A stretch of DNA of 28,283 bases from a virus (taxonomy: Duplodnaviria > Caudoviricetes): positions 1 to 28,283 of IMG/VR virus record IMGVR_UViG_3300037313_000612. One strand, given 5' to 3'. This document shows, piece by piece, positions 7,820-15,015 of this stretch. Position numbers and translations under genes: made by a program. Below the pieces are notes generated by a model. It saw nothing but the letters and a program-made list of their open reading frames with translations. It searched no databases and was not told the DNA's origin. Every line of letters starts with the position of its first letter. Position 1 is the stretch's first letter.

Positions 7820-7910
7820 GGCGGGGCCTTTCTTCGCGGTCGGGTGTGTCGTCTTGGGCGAGCAGGGCGAGGATGTCTGCTTGCCGGATCGCCTGCTCGA
7901 CTGTGGTCAC
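7704..7910 (-). CDS. Possible small protein coupled to the HTH gene
   Basis: GTGA overlap with the HTH stop, but 116 nt of overlap with the next gene. Confidence 0.3.
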   Translation of the reverse strand: MTTVEQAIRQADILALLAQDDTPDREERPRHGQRTARPVQVRSLQLRQRPARAVPSTAPAPAPEPEAP

Positions 7911-8158
7911 GGGTTTGTTGGGTCGGGGTGGTCGGATGAGGTTGGGGCCTGTAGCAACGATGCCGGCTCAACTTCGAGGGCTTCGGCGATGCGCGACAGG
8001 TCGTCGACGTCGAACGAGATCCGGCCGGCGAGGCGGTGGGACAGGCTCGAGCGGGCCATTCCGATACGGGTAGCGAGCTCCTCCTGTGTCACCCCTCTCC
8101 GGGCGATCTCGGCCCGGATGTTCCCTGCTAGGGTCCGGGATAGGTTGGTGTTCGTCAT
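7907..8158 (-). CDS. XRE/Cro-family helix-turn-helix regulator
   Basis: NIRAEIARRGVTQEELATRIGMARSSLSHRLAGRISFDVDDLSRIAEALEV. First gene after the leftward promoter. Start ATG 8158. Confidence 0.9.
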   Translation of the reverse strand: MTNTNLSRTLAGNIRAEIARRGVTQEELATRIGMARSSLSHRLAGRISFDVDDLSRIAEALEVEPASLLQAPTSSDHPDPTNP

Positions 8159-8165
8159 GAACGTG

Positions 8166-8195
8166 ACGTTAGGTGAGCGCACATTCTGTTGTCAA
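8166..8195 (-). promoter_or_regulatory. Leftward sigma-A-type promoter TTGACA-N18-TAACGT
   Basis: -35 at 8195-8190 and -10 at 8171-8166. The HTH ATG follows after 7 nt, suggesting a leaderless mRNA. Confidence 0.75.
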
Positions 8196-8210
8196 ACCGA
8201 ACCGCGCGTG

Positions 8211-8239
8211 TTGACACAACACTGACGACCATGTAGCGT
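8211..8239 (+). promoter_or_regulatory. Rightward sigma-A-type promoter TTGACA-N17-TAGCGT
   Basis: -35 at 8211-8216 and -10 at 8234-8239, upstream of the only plus-strand operon. Confidence 0.75.
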
Positions 8240-8281
8240 TTTCAACACACCGCGACAGTGAGAGGGACCGAGACAAGGCCG

Positions 8282-8488
8282 ATGAAAACCATCCGAACCT
8301 GCGGGCACACCGCCACCGAATGCACCGCAGCACCCCACATCCACCGAGCGGGCTACCGGTCGGCGCACGCAGCAGACAAGTACGCCGCGACCGAGCCTGC
8401 GCCTGCGGGCCGCATCTACGTCGTACGGGACAACCACGAGGACCCCGGCAAGGCGACCGCGCTAGATATCTGGTGCGTGCCCCAGTGA
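8282..8488 (+). CDS. Small hypothetical protein
   Basis: First ORF after the rightward promoter. Its stop overlaps the methyltransferase start (GTGA). Start could be 8258 or 8282. Confidence 0.6.
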   Translation: MKTIRTCGHTATECTAAPHIHRAGYRSAHAADKYAATEPAPAGRIYVVRDNHEDPGKATALDIWCVPQ

Positions 8489-9690
8489 GGATCGGTTCTC
8501 TGTGCAGCGGGTACGGCGGTCTAACGCTCGCCGTACAGGCAGCCCTAGGCGGCGACGTCGCGTGGCATTCGGAGATCGAACCTGCGGCGAACCGTGTCCT
8601 AGACCAGCGGTTCCCCGACGTGCCGAACATCGGCGACATGACCCGCGCGGACTGGGCCAGCGTTGAGCCTGTCGACGTGCTCGACGGGGGTACGCCGTGC
8701 CAGGACGTGTCCCATGCTGGGAAGCGCGCTGGGATGCGGGCTGGGACCCGCTCCGGGTTGTGGTCGAGCATGGTCGACGCGATCGACGTACTGCGCCCGC
8801 GCCTTGTGGTGTGGGAGAACGTGAGAGGGGTATTGAGTGCCGAAGCGGATAGCGGAGTGGAATCCTGCCCGTTGTGTGTGGGAGACGGGTCAGGGCCAGT
8901 TCTGCGGGCACTTGGCCGTGTTCTCGGAGACTTGGCCGATCTCGGGTATGACGCGCGGTGGTGTGGCTTACGAGCTGCCGACGTCGGCGCTCCTCATGGC
9001 CGGTTCCGCACCTTCGTTGTTGCCTACCCCGTTGAGCGTCCCGTCGTCGGAGGCATCGCACAACCAGTTGAGCGGGACATTCCGCGCGGCTATGGACAAG
9101 GCGCTGTCGCTGTTGCCGACCCCAGCGGCGTACGACGGGGAGCGTGGCGGCCCGCAGGACCCGGCGAAGCGGAAGGCGGGCGGGCACTCGGTGACGTTGC
9201 AAGACGCGGTCCACGTTCTGCTGCCGACCCCGAAGACGACGGACTCGCATCACAGCTCGCCAGCGGACATGGCGCGGAACGAGCCGGGGTTACGGGCGAT
9301 CGGGCGGCTGCTTCCGACGCCCCGGGCGACGGATGGGACGAAGGGCGGCCCGAATCAGCGTGGCAGCTCGGGAGATCTCATGCTTCCGTCAGCCGTGCAA
9401 CTGCTGCCGACCCCGATTGGGGCCCGTACGAACCCGCGATTCGACGCTGGGAGCACGTCACAGGACGAGCTGCCCCTTCCCCCACAGAGCGAAGCGCCCG
9501 AGGAGGAGAGCGCCTGAGTCCACGCTTCGTCGAATGGATGATGGGGCTTCCCCAGGGCCACGTCACAGACGTTCCCGGCATCAGCCGTAACGACCAGTTG
9601 AAAATGCTGGGGAACGGGGTCGTCCCCCAGCAGGCAGAGGCGGCGATCCGCCACCTACTCACCCCAACCGCGACACGGGAGACACCATGA
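8485..9690 (+). CDS. DNA (cytosine-5) methyltransferase, catalytic polypeptide
   Basis: Motif I SLCSGYGG, II SEIE, III GDMT, IV GGTPCQDVS.AG, VI ENVRG, VIII GAPHGRFRTF, IX RLSPRFVEWMMGLP, X LKMLGNGVVPQQA. GTG start at 8485. Confidence 0.92.
   Translation: MRIGSLCSGYGGLTLAVQAALGGDVAWHSEIEPAANRVLDQRFPDVPNIGDMTRADWASVEPVDVLDGGTPCQDVSHAGKRAGMRAGTRSGLWSSMVDAIDVLRPRLVVWENVRGVLSAEADSGVESCPLCVGDGSGPVLRALGRVLGDLADLGYDARWCGLRAADVGAPHGRFRTFVVAYPVERPVVGGIAQPVERDIPRGYGQGAVAVADPSGVRRGAWRPAGPGEAEGGRALGDVARRGPRSAADPEDDGLASQLASGHGAERAGVTGDRAAASDAPGDGWDEGRPESAWQLGRSHASVSRATAADPDWGPYEPAIRRWEHVTGRAAPSPTERSARGGERLSPRFVEWMMGLPQGHVTDVPGISRNDQLKMLGNGVVPQQAEAAIRHLLTPTATRETP
8837..9517 (+). CDS. Nested +1-frame ORF inside the C5 methyltransferase, putative specificity (TRD-array) polypeptide with LLPTP repeats
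   Basis: 226 open codons. GAGAGGGG SD-like sequence 6 nt before GTG 8837. Five perfectly conserved LLPTP motifs with synonymous variation in this frame. Confidence 0.75.
   Translation: MPKRIAEWNPARCVWETGQGQFCGHLAVFSETWPISGMTRGGVAYELPTSALLMAGSAPSLLPTPLSVPSSEASHNQLSGTFRAAMDKALSLLPTPAAYDGERGGPQDPAKRKAGGHSVTLQDAVHVLLPTPKTTDSHHSSPADMARNEPGLRAIGRLLPTPRATDGTKGGPNQRGSSGDLMLPSAVQLLPTPIGARTNPRFDAGSTSQDELPLPPQSEAPEEESA
9017..9415 (+). repeat. Five 15-bp dispersed repeats (consensus CTGCTGCCGACCCCG) delimiting four 90-108 bp modules
   Basis: Copies at 9017, 9110, 9218, 9308 and 9401. Spacings of 93, 108, 90 and 93 bp are all multiples of 3. Confidence 0.8.
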
Positions 9691-10016
9691 AAACCAGCAC
9701 CAAAACAACCCACCGCTTCGACCTCGACGAGCACGAACAGTTCGACTGGGTCAGGACCAGCAACCCGTACAAGGGCCACGCGTTCAAGGTCGAGACCGTC
9801 GAACTCGAATTCCGCGACGGGGTCGCCGTCGACGTGTACCTTCGCGGCCCGTGGGTCGATCCGTGCCCAGTGATTGAGGCCGGGTCGGCTGGGGAGCGTG
9901 GCGGCTGGGAGACGATGTTCGTCGACTTCGACCAGCCGACAATCTGGCTGTTGCCGGCGTTCGTTCTCGACGCCCTTCTCGGCGTGGGATTGGAGATCGC
10001 GCGTGGCGAAGCATGA
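9687..10016 (+). CDS. Hypothetical protein
   Basis: ATGA overlap with the methyltransferase stop. GGGAG SD. Confidence 0.7.
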   Translation: MKTSTKTTHRFDLDEHEQFDWVRTSNPYKGHAFKVETVELEFRDGVAVDVYLRGPWVDPCPVIEAGSAGERGGWETMFVDFDQPTIWLLPAFVLDALLGVGLEIARGEA

Positions 10017-10206
10017 GCCCTGGTTTCGGCCGCGCGACGAAGACGGCGACGACGCCCTCCTTGATTGGCTCGGGAAGCCCGACCCCCGCTACAGCCAGCG
10101 GCAGCGAGACAGCGGCGGATGCGCTACAGGTCTGCTCATCGTCGGCGGCGGCAGCGTCCTCGCGTGGCTCGGCGTGGCAGCGACCGTCGCCCACATCCTG
10201 ACGTAA
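10003..10206 (+). CDS. Small membrane protein (C-terminal TM helix)
   Basis: GTG 10003 with GGAG 7 nt upstream. MAKHEPWF...GLLIVGGGSVLAWLGVAATVAHILT. Confidence 0.55.
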   Translation: MAKHEPWFRPRDEDGDDALLDWLGKPDPRYSQRQRDSGGCATGLLIVGGGSVLAWLGVAATVAHILT

Positions 10207-10250
10207 CCTGTAGATCCTCCCGCCCCCCACGCAGCGGAGGACCCCCCAAA

Positions 10251-10297
10251 GGGAACGGCCCGACCGGTTCACACCCGGTCGGGCCGTTGCCGTTCCC
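10251..10297. terminator. Putative bidirectional terminator hairpin between convergent operons
   Basis: 14-bp perfect stem AACGGCCCGACCGG (10254-10267) / CCGGTCGGGCCGTT (10275-10288) with a 7-nt loop, between stops at 10206 (+) and 10308 (-). Confidence 0.75.
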
Positions 10298-10307
10298 CCT
10301 GCAAACG

Positions 10308-10619
10308 TCAGGGTAGCGAGATCACCCGGAACAACCCGCAAGTGATCACGGTCGTCGTCGGCGCGTCGACCAGCTTCGCCTGTAGGCGGTAGTCGCCCGG
10401 GGTCGTTGCCGTGAACAACGCGGCGGCCCGGATCACGTTCGGGGGGGTCGTCCCGTCCTCGTTCGCCGGGTTCGCCCATGCTGACGCGACCCCGGCCGGG
10501 TCGACCGTGCGCAGTTGTACGGCGACCCCCGTCACGTCCACGCCGTGCAGCTCCTCGATCCTGCCCCACACGAAGTCGGTCGTGCCGACCTCGAGCGTGC
10601 GGACGTCCTCGGTGATCAT
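10308..10619 (-). CDS. Small beta-rich virion-associated protein (Ig-like fold suspected)
   Basis: ATG 10619 overlaps the upstream stop. ...TPGDYRLQAKLVD.P....CG.FRV. Confidence 0.7.
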   Translation of the reverse strand: MITEDVRTLEVGTTDFVWGRIEELHGVDVTGVAVQLRTVDPAGVASAWANPANEDGTTPPNVIRAAALFTATTPGDYRLQAKLVDAPTTTVITCGLFRVISLP

Positions 10620-11800
10620 GCGTTCTCCACTTCCGTCAGCCAGCGGGCCGGCTCGACCGTCGCCGTCCACGTATCCGATTCGATGGTCGCCGACCAGCGG
10701 CCCGTTTCGACGACCGCGGCCCAGTCGAGGTCCCGGTAGAGCGCGTTCGGGTTGTACGGCGCGACCCCTGTGTCTGTCTCGGCCGCGGGCGTGATCGCCT
10801 GCGACCGCGCCTGTGTGACCGTTACGGCGACGTCGAGCTCGGTCGCGGGGGTGACGGCCTGGGACCTCGCCCGGGTCGGTGTGACCGCTGTGTCGGCCTC
10901 GAGCGCCGGGGTGATGACCTGCCCCCCGGGATGCGCCGGCGCGACCCCGACGTCCGTCTCGATCGCGGGCGAGATCGCGATCACTCGGGACTGGGCCGGG
11001 GTGACCGCCGTGTCGGTTTCCGTCGCCGGGGTGATCGTGGTCGCCCGCGCCTGCGACGGGGAGACAGCGGTGTCCGTCTCCGTCGCGGAAGTGATCGCCC
11101 GGGATCGCGCCTGGGCCGGGGTGATCGCGGCATTGGTCTCCGTCGCCGGGGTGATCGCTTGACTGTTCCCACCGCCACCGGACGCGGGCCGAAGCGCGAT
11201 CAGCGCGCCGAGCTGGACCGTCGACGTCGACACCCCGCCACCAGAGATCGACTCCGACCCAGCCGAGCCGGCGATCTTGGTGTTGGTTTTGAGGTAGTTC
11301 GCCTCTTGCTGTTCGGTGTAACCGGTCGGGGCTGTGCTGGTCGAGCTGTTCTCGTTCGCGATGAGGTGCAGCATCCCGCAGCCCGCCGAGCTGGTCGTCA
11401 GCGAATTCGACGGGTACGCCGTACCGGACGCGACCTGGGCCGTCGACACAGCCACGTCGAGCGGGGTGGTGTTGTCGACCCCGGACCACAGCGTGCATTG
11501 GCCCTGATTCCAATGCGTCGACGACCACGACGGCGTATAGCTGCCCGAATCCGCGCCCGTCAGGACCTTCCGGGCCGCTTTGATCTTCTGGAATCCGTCA
11601 GTCGACGACGCGAAGTTGACGATCTCGACGAACCCGGAGGGCCAGGTGACCGTGGGGTTGGTCGCGGTCGACTGCCACAACTCGAGGACGAGCACGGCGA
11701 CGTGTCCCGCTGCCGCGCCGGCCGGGACCGGCACGGCGCGTGATGTTCCTTGCGCGTCGGTCGTGCCCGATGTGGACGACGCGACTAGGGCGACCGCCAC
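10616..11800 (-). CDS. Putative fibre or minor virion protein with beta-rich N-terminal domain and seven 20-aa repeats
   Basis: Ser/Thr/Gly-rich domain, SGGGG linker, then repeats of QAITPATETDTAVTPAQARS. Confidence 0.75.
   Translation of the reverse strand: MAVALVASSTSGTTDAQGTSRAVPVPAGAAAGHVAVLVLELWQSTATNPTVTWPSGFVEIVNFASSTDGFQKIKAARKVLTGADSGSYTPSWSSTHWNQGQCTLWSGVDNTTPLDVAVSTAQVASGTAYPSNSLTTSSAGCGMLHLIANENSSTSTAPTGYTEQQEANYLKTNTKIAGSAGSESISGGGVSTSTVQLGALIALRPASGGGGNSQAITPATETNAAITPAQARSRAITSATETDTAVSPSQARATTITPATETDTAVTPAQSRVIAISPAIETDVGVAPAHPGGQVITPALEADTAVTPTRARSQAVTPATELDVAVTVTQARSQAITPAAETDTGVAPYNPNALYRDLDWAAVVETGRWSATIESDTWTATVEPARWLTEVENA
10750..11161 (-). repeat. Seven degenerate 60-bp tandem coding repeats
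   Basis: 20-aa period visible in the translation. GGGGTGA(T/C) recurs on the plus strand. Confidence 0.8.
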
Positions 11801-11814
11801 CAGTCACCCCGCGG

Positions 11815-12276
11815 TCAGGACGCGCGGGCGAAGTCGGTGAACTGGGCCGTCTCGGTTGCGCCTGAGGGGGTGACGACGAAGTCGCAAACACTGATGGGGG
11901 TGAGTTGCGCGTTGGTCGGCGACGCGACGGATGCGTAGCAGATCACGAGATCCGACACTGTGTCGCCGGCGCTGGTCGGGGTCCACGACTGGTCGGCGAT
12001 GTCGGTCGGCATCCGGTCGTTGGTGTCGTCCGGGGTGAGGGTCGCGAGATCCGTTGCGGCGAGCGTCTTGCGGTTCCACCCGTTCGCGGTCCGCTCCGTC
12101 ACGCCCAGGGTCACCATGGCGGCGAAGTCGTCCGCGTCGAGGAGCTGTGCGTCCGTGACCGACCCGGCCGCGATCGGGATCACGTACAGGCGCGCGGCGG
12201 CCGGGTCGCCGAGCTTCACACGGTTGTATAGCTCGGCGAATCGGCCTTTGGCGATGTTCGGGACGAGAGACGTCAT
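11815..12276 (-). CDS. Putative virion structural or fibre-associated protein
   Basis: ATG 12276 overlaps the holin stop (MTSLVPNIAKGR...). Thr/Asp-rich beta composition. Co-oriented with late genes. Confidence 0.7.
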   Translation of the reverse strand: MTSLVPNIAKGRFAELYNRVKLGDPAAARLYVIPIAAGSVTDAQLLDADDFAAMVTLGVTERTANGWNRKTLAATDLATLTPDDTNDRMPTDIADQSWTPTSAGDTVSDLVICYASVASPTNAQLTPISVCDFVVTPSGATETAQFTDFARAS

Positions 12277-12593
12277 GGCACGTAGTTTCCGGGCACAGCG
12301 GGCGTCACGTCGACAGGCGCGCCCGTACGGACTGTGGTTGCTGGGCCAGCGACGACATGCGTATCGCCGTCGACCTCGACCCGCTTCGCGGCGACGTCGA
12401 CCCACGGGACCGTCCGCGCCTGGGTGATCTGCCCACCGACCGCTGTCCCGACTGCGGTCACGCCGGCGAGGGCGATCAGGACCCACCGCGGGACCGTGTC
12501 GACCGCGGCGAGTACGCCGGTCAGCGCTGACGTGCCGGCCACAACGGATGCCAGGACCATCACGGGCCGGGACTTGCTCGCCGGGATGCTCAC
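12273..12593 (-). CDS. Holin (two TM segments)
   Basis: Directly downstream of and overlapping the endolysin. Two hydrophobic helices followed by a ...TVPW motif. Confidence 0.7.
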   Translation of the reverse strand: MSIPASKSRPVMVLASVVAGTSALTGVLAAVDTVPRWVLIALAGVTAVGTAVGGQITQARTVPWVDVAAKRVEVDGDTHVVAGPATTVRTGAPVDVTPAVPGNYVP

Positions 12594-13426
12594 AGGGTCG
12601 CCTGCGAATCTTTGATGTTCTGCCGCAACGTGGCGAGCTCGGCCGACGCGGCAGCCATAGCCTCCTCAACCGACTTCCCGGCCTTCAGCGCGTCCTCATA
12701 GGCACGCTGGGCATTCGCCCGGTCGTCCTCGATCTCGATCTCGTAGAGCTGAGCCCACAGCGCCCAACGCCGGGTGCTCGTCTCGATCGCCTGCTCGAGC
12801 CGCAATGCGAGCCCGTCGATGCTCGCCTTCAGGTCACGTTGTCCTGCGGTGATCGCGTCCGTGATAGCGCGAATGTCCGACACGCTCAGCTCCTCCGTGG
12901 TTCGTGGGGTGAACTCTCCCCGGCGTAGTGCGGCTGTCGCCGCGGGTCCCGGGCAGTCGGTGCCGTCGCCCGTGTATTCCTTCCGAACGTCGGCGTGTGG
13001 CCGGATCGCTGTCCCGTTCGGGTAGATCTTGCGGAAGTCGGCGATAACGGCGCGCGTGGTCGCTTTCATCGCCTCCGAGGGTGCCTCGCCTTGCACGAGG
13101 ACGAGGAGGATCGCGCCATAGTCCTCGTTCGCCGCGTTGTTGCCGTTGGCACCCGACTGTGTGCGCAGCCCGCGCAGCGTCCACGCCCTACCGGCCTGGT
13201 CGACGGCGACTTGGTACGCGATGTCGGACCAGCCGCGTTCGTCCATGTGGTAGGCCTGCCAGCCGCGCAGCGCCGACGCGACCGCAGCCTGAGACGTGAT
13301 CGGCTTGCTCGAGGTCGTCCCGGGCCAGTGAATGACCGCGCCCTTGACCCGGGACACCGTGAGAGGTCCCGGGCCACCCTCTGGCGGGCGTGCGCCCCAC
13401 GCGGAGCGCGACAGGTACTCGACCAC
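12590..13426 (-). CDS. Endolysin, N-acetylmuramoyl-L-alanine amidase (Amidase_2/PGRP-like)
   Basis: SRSAWGARPP, VIHW, Q.YHM..RGWSDIAY, GAN, PH.DV, T.CPG zinc-amidase motifs. Confidence 0.92.
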   Translation of the reverse strand: MVEYLSRSAWGARPPEGGPGPLTVSRVKGAVIHWPGTTSSKPITSQAAVASALRGWQAYHMDERGWSDIAYQVAVDQAGRAWTLRGLRTQSGANGNNAANEDYGAILLVLVQGEAPSEAMKATTRAVIADFRKIYPNGTAIRPHADVRKEYTGDGTDCPGPAATAALRRGEFTPRTTEELSVSDIRAITDAITAGQRDLKASIDGLALRLEQAIETSTRRWALWAQLYEIEIEDDRANAQRAYEDALKAGKSVEEAMAAASAELATLRQNIKDSQATL

Positions 13427-13427
13427 T

Positions 13428-13580
13428 CTACTCCTCGTCCTCGTCGTCGGACGCGCCCTCGGGCTGCTCAGGATCGGGCAGCGGTTCGGCCTCCTCGCCC
13501 TCGACGAACTGGACCGTGCCGTCGTCGAGCCTCTCGACGTCCTCCGGGTCAGGTACCGGCGCGGCTGTGGTGTCGCTCAT
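13428..13580 (-). CDS. 50-aa highly acidic protein (absent from the ORF track)
   Basis: GGGAGG SD, ATG 13580, TAG 13428. MSDTTAAPVPDPEDVERLDDGTVQFVEGEEAEPLPDPEQPEGASDDEDEE fills the gap between its neighbours. Confidence 0.7.
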   Translation of the reverse strand: MSDTTAAPVPDPEDVERLDDGTVQFVEGEEAEPLPDPEQPEGASDDEDEE

Positions 13581-13589
13581 GATGCCTCC

Positions 13590-14234
13590 CTAGTTGGCCT
13601 TTGGTGGTTCCGTGCTCAGCGTAGGCGGTGGCGGCGTACAGGTGACGGATTGCGTTGACCCGTCGCTGTAGTCAAACCAGAACGTCGCCGGCCCGCCCAT
13701 GCACCGCGACGACGTGACTGCGGGCCCGGGAGGACCGGACGGCCCGGGTGGCCCAGACGGACCGGCAGGACCGGACGGTCCCGGCGACCCGTCACTTCCC
13801 GGCTCACCAGACGCCCCAGGCTCGCCCGACGCCCCAGGTTCCCCAGGTTCCCCCGGGACACCCGAAGCGCCAGCAGCACCCGGCGACCCCGGCCTACCAG
13901 ACGCCCCCGGAGGACCAGACGGACCAACCGGCCCGGGCGGGCCAGGTGGCCCAGACGGGCCGACCGGTCCCGTGATCTGCTCGGCCGGCTTCGTCGCCAC
14001 GATCGACGCCTCACCGCACGACACCCGCAGTTGCCGCGCGGTCGTCGGATCTTTCTTGCACAGCTCGGCGAGCTGTTGCGCGAAGTCCTTCGCCTGCCCC
14101 TGCGCGCCGGCACGCTCCGACTCAGCCTGGTCCTTACCAGCGAACAACCACGCGACCGTGCCCCCGCCACCGACCACGCCAGCGACGAGCAGGAACACAG
14201 CGCCCATAGCGTTCAGGCGCGGCGACCCCATCAT
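13590..14234 (-). CDS. Membrane-anchored collagen-like protein
   Basis: ATG 14234 overlaps the upstream stop. N-terminal TM, Cys pair, 28 uninterrupted Gly-X-Y triplets (13719-13970), second Cys pair. Confidence 0.85.
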   Translation of the reverse strand: MMGSPRLNAMGAVFLLVAGVVGGGGTVAWLFAGKDQAESERAGAQGQAKDFAQQLAELCKKDPTTARQLRVSCGEASIVATKPAEQITGPVGPSGPPGPPGPVGPSGPPGASGRPGSPGAAGASGVPGEPGEPGASGEPGASGEPGSDGSPGPSGPAGPSGPPGPSGPPGPAVTSSRCMGGPATFWFDYSDGSTQSVTCTPPPPTLSTEPPKAN

Positions 14235-14506
14235 TCGTCGTCCTTCGGCGGGTACTTCGTCCACCGGTCGAAGTCGACCGGCTCGGACTCTCCCCGCTCG
14301 GCGAAGTAGTCACGCAACGGGACGATCACCTCGCGGGTCACCAGCCGATACCAGCGTCGACGGTCGTTGAGCTCGACCCGCTCGTTGACGTCGATCGAAT
14401 CTCTGCGCGTGAAAGTGTCACGCCGGAACGCGAGGACGAACCCGCAGACCGTCGCGACCACCGAACCGACTCCGGTGATGATGATGCCCCAGTCGTCACC
14501 GCTCAC
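14231..14506 (-). CDS. Single-TM membrane protein of the lysis cassette
   Basis: N-terminal [24 protein letters not shown] followed by a charged helical tail. Confidence 0.7.
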   Translation of the reverse strand: MSGDDWGIIITGVGSVVATVCGFVLAFRRDTFTRRDSIDVNERVELNDRRRWYRLVTREVIVPLRDYFAERGESEPVDFDRWTKYPPKDDE

Positions 14507-14515
14507 CCCGTTCTC

Positions 14516-14995
14516 TCAGGGACGCAGAACGTACAGGCGGCCGGATACCGCGCCAGCGTTGAGCGCGCCGGCCGTGGAAGCGTTCATGAACCGGCAGCGA
14601 AGCGTGGTCGCGCCGATTGTGTCCATCCCCCACAGCACAGCGAAGTTCGACGCTGGGTTGGTGTTCAGGAACCAGCCCCCGAGCGACGGGGTGAACCCGA
14701 GCCCGTGGGTCACGGTCAGGAACCCTGAGGCGTCCGTCGTACCGGAGACCGTGATCGTGACGACACCGTTGGTCTGGTTCGTGGTCATCTGTACCCAGGC
14801 GGTCCCGTTCCACATGTAATAGAGCTTCGTGTCGTCGGCGTACGCGAGCATCCCATTCTCACGAACCCCGGCACCGAGCGCGGTCGTGAGCGCGGTCAGG
14901 GTCGCAAACCGCATCACGGTCTGTTTCATCAGGTAGCCGTCGATCTCGGCCTCATACAGCGGCGACCCGTCGACGAAGTCCTTGAATCCGGCCAT
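14516..14995 (-). CDS. Minor tail protein
   Basis: GGAGAGG SD. F..G..L....I.GYLM.Q.V.RF...GM.AY..DT...Y..NG.AW pattern typical of actinophage minor tail proteins. Confidence 0.75.
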   Translation of the reverse strand: MAGFKDFVDGSPLYEAEIDGYLMKQTVMRFATLTALTTALGAGVRENGMLAYADDTKLYYMWNGTAWVQMTTNQTNGVVTITVSGTTDASGFLTVTHGLGFTPSLGGWFLNTNPASNFAVLWGMDTIGATTLRCRFMNASTAGALNAGAVSGRLYVLRP

Positions 14996-15015
14996 GCGTC
15001 ATCCTCTCCCAAGCG

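Noticed and set aside
8320-8484. Longer N-terminus for the C5 methyltransferase
   Set aside because: Motif I lies right after GTG 8485, which is coupled to the upstream gene's stop.
10013-10201. 62-aa ORF starting at the ATGA overlap
   Set aside because: Ser/Ala/Thr-rich shadow-like sequence. The frame from GTG 10003 has an SD and a clear TM helix. Not fully excluded.
13699-14370. Plus-strand collagen-like ORF
   Set aside because: Antisense mirror of the Gly-Pro repeats (GGN/CCN symmetry), opposite to the operon direction.
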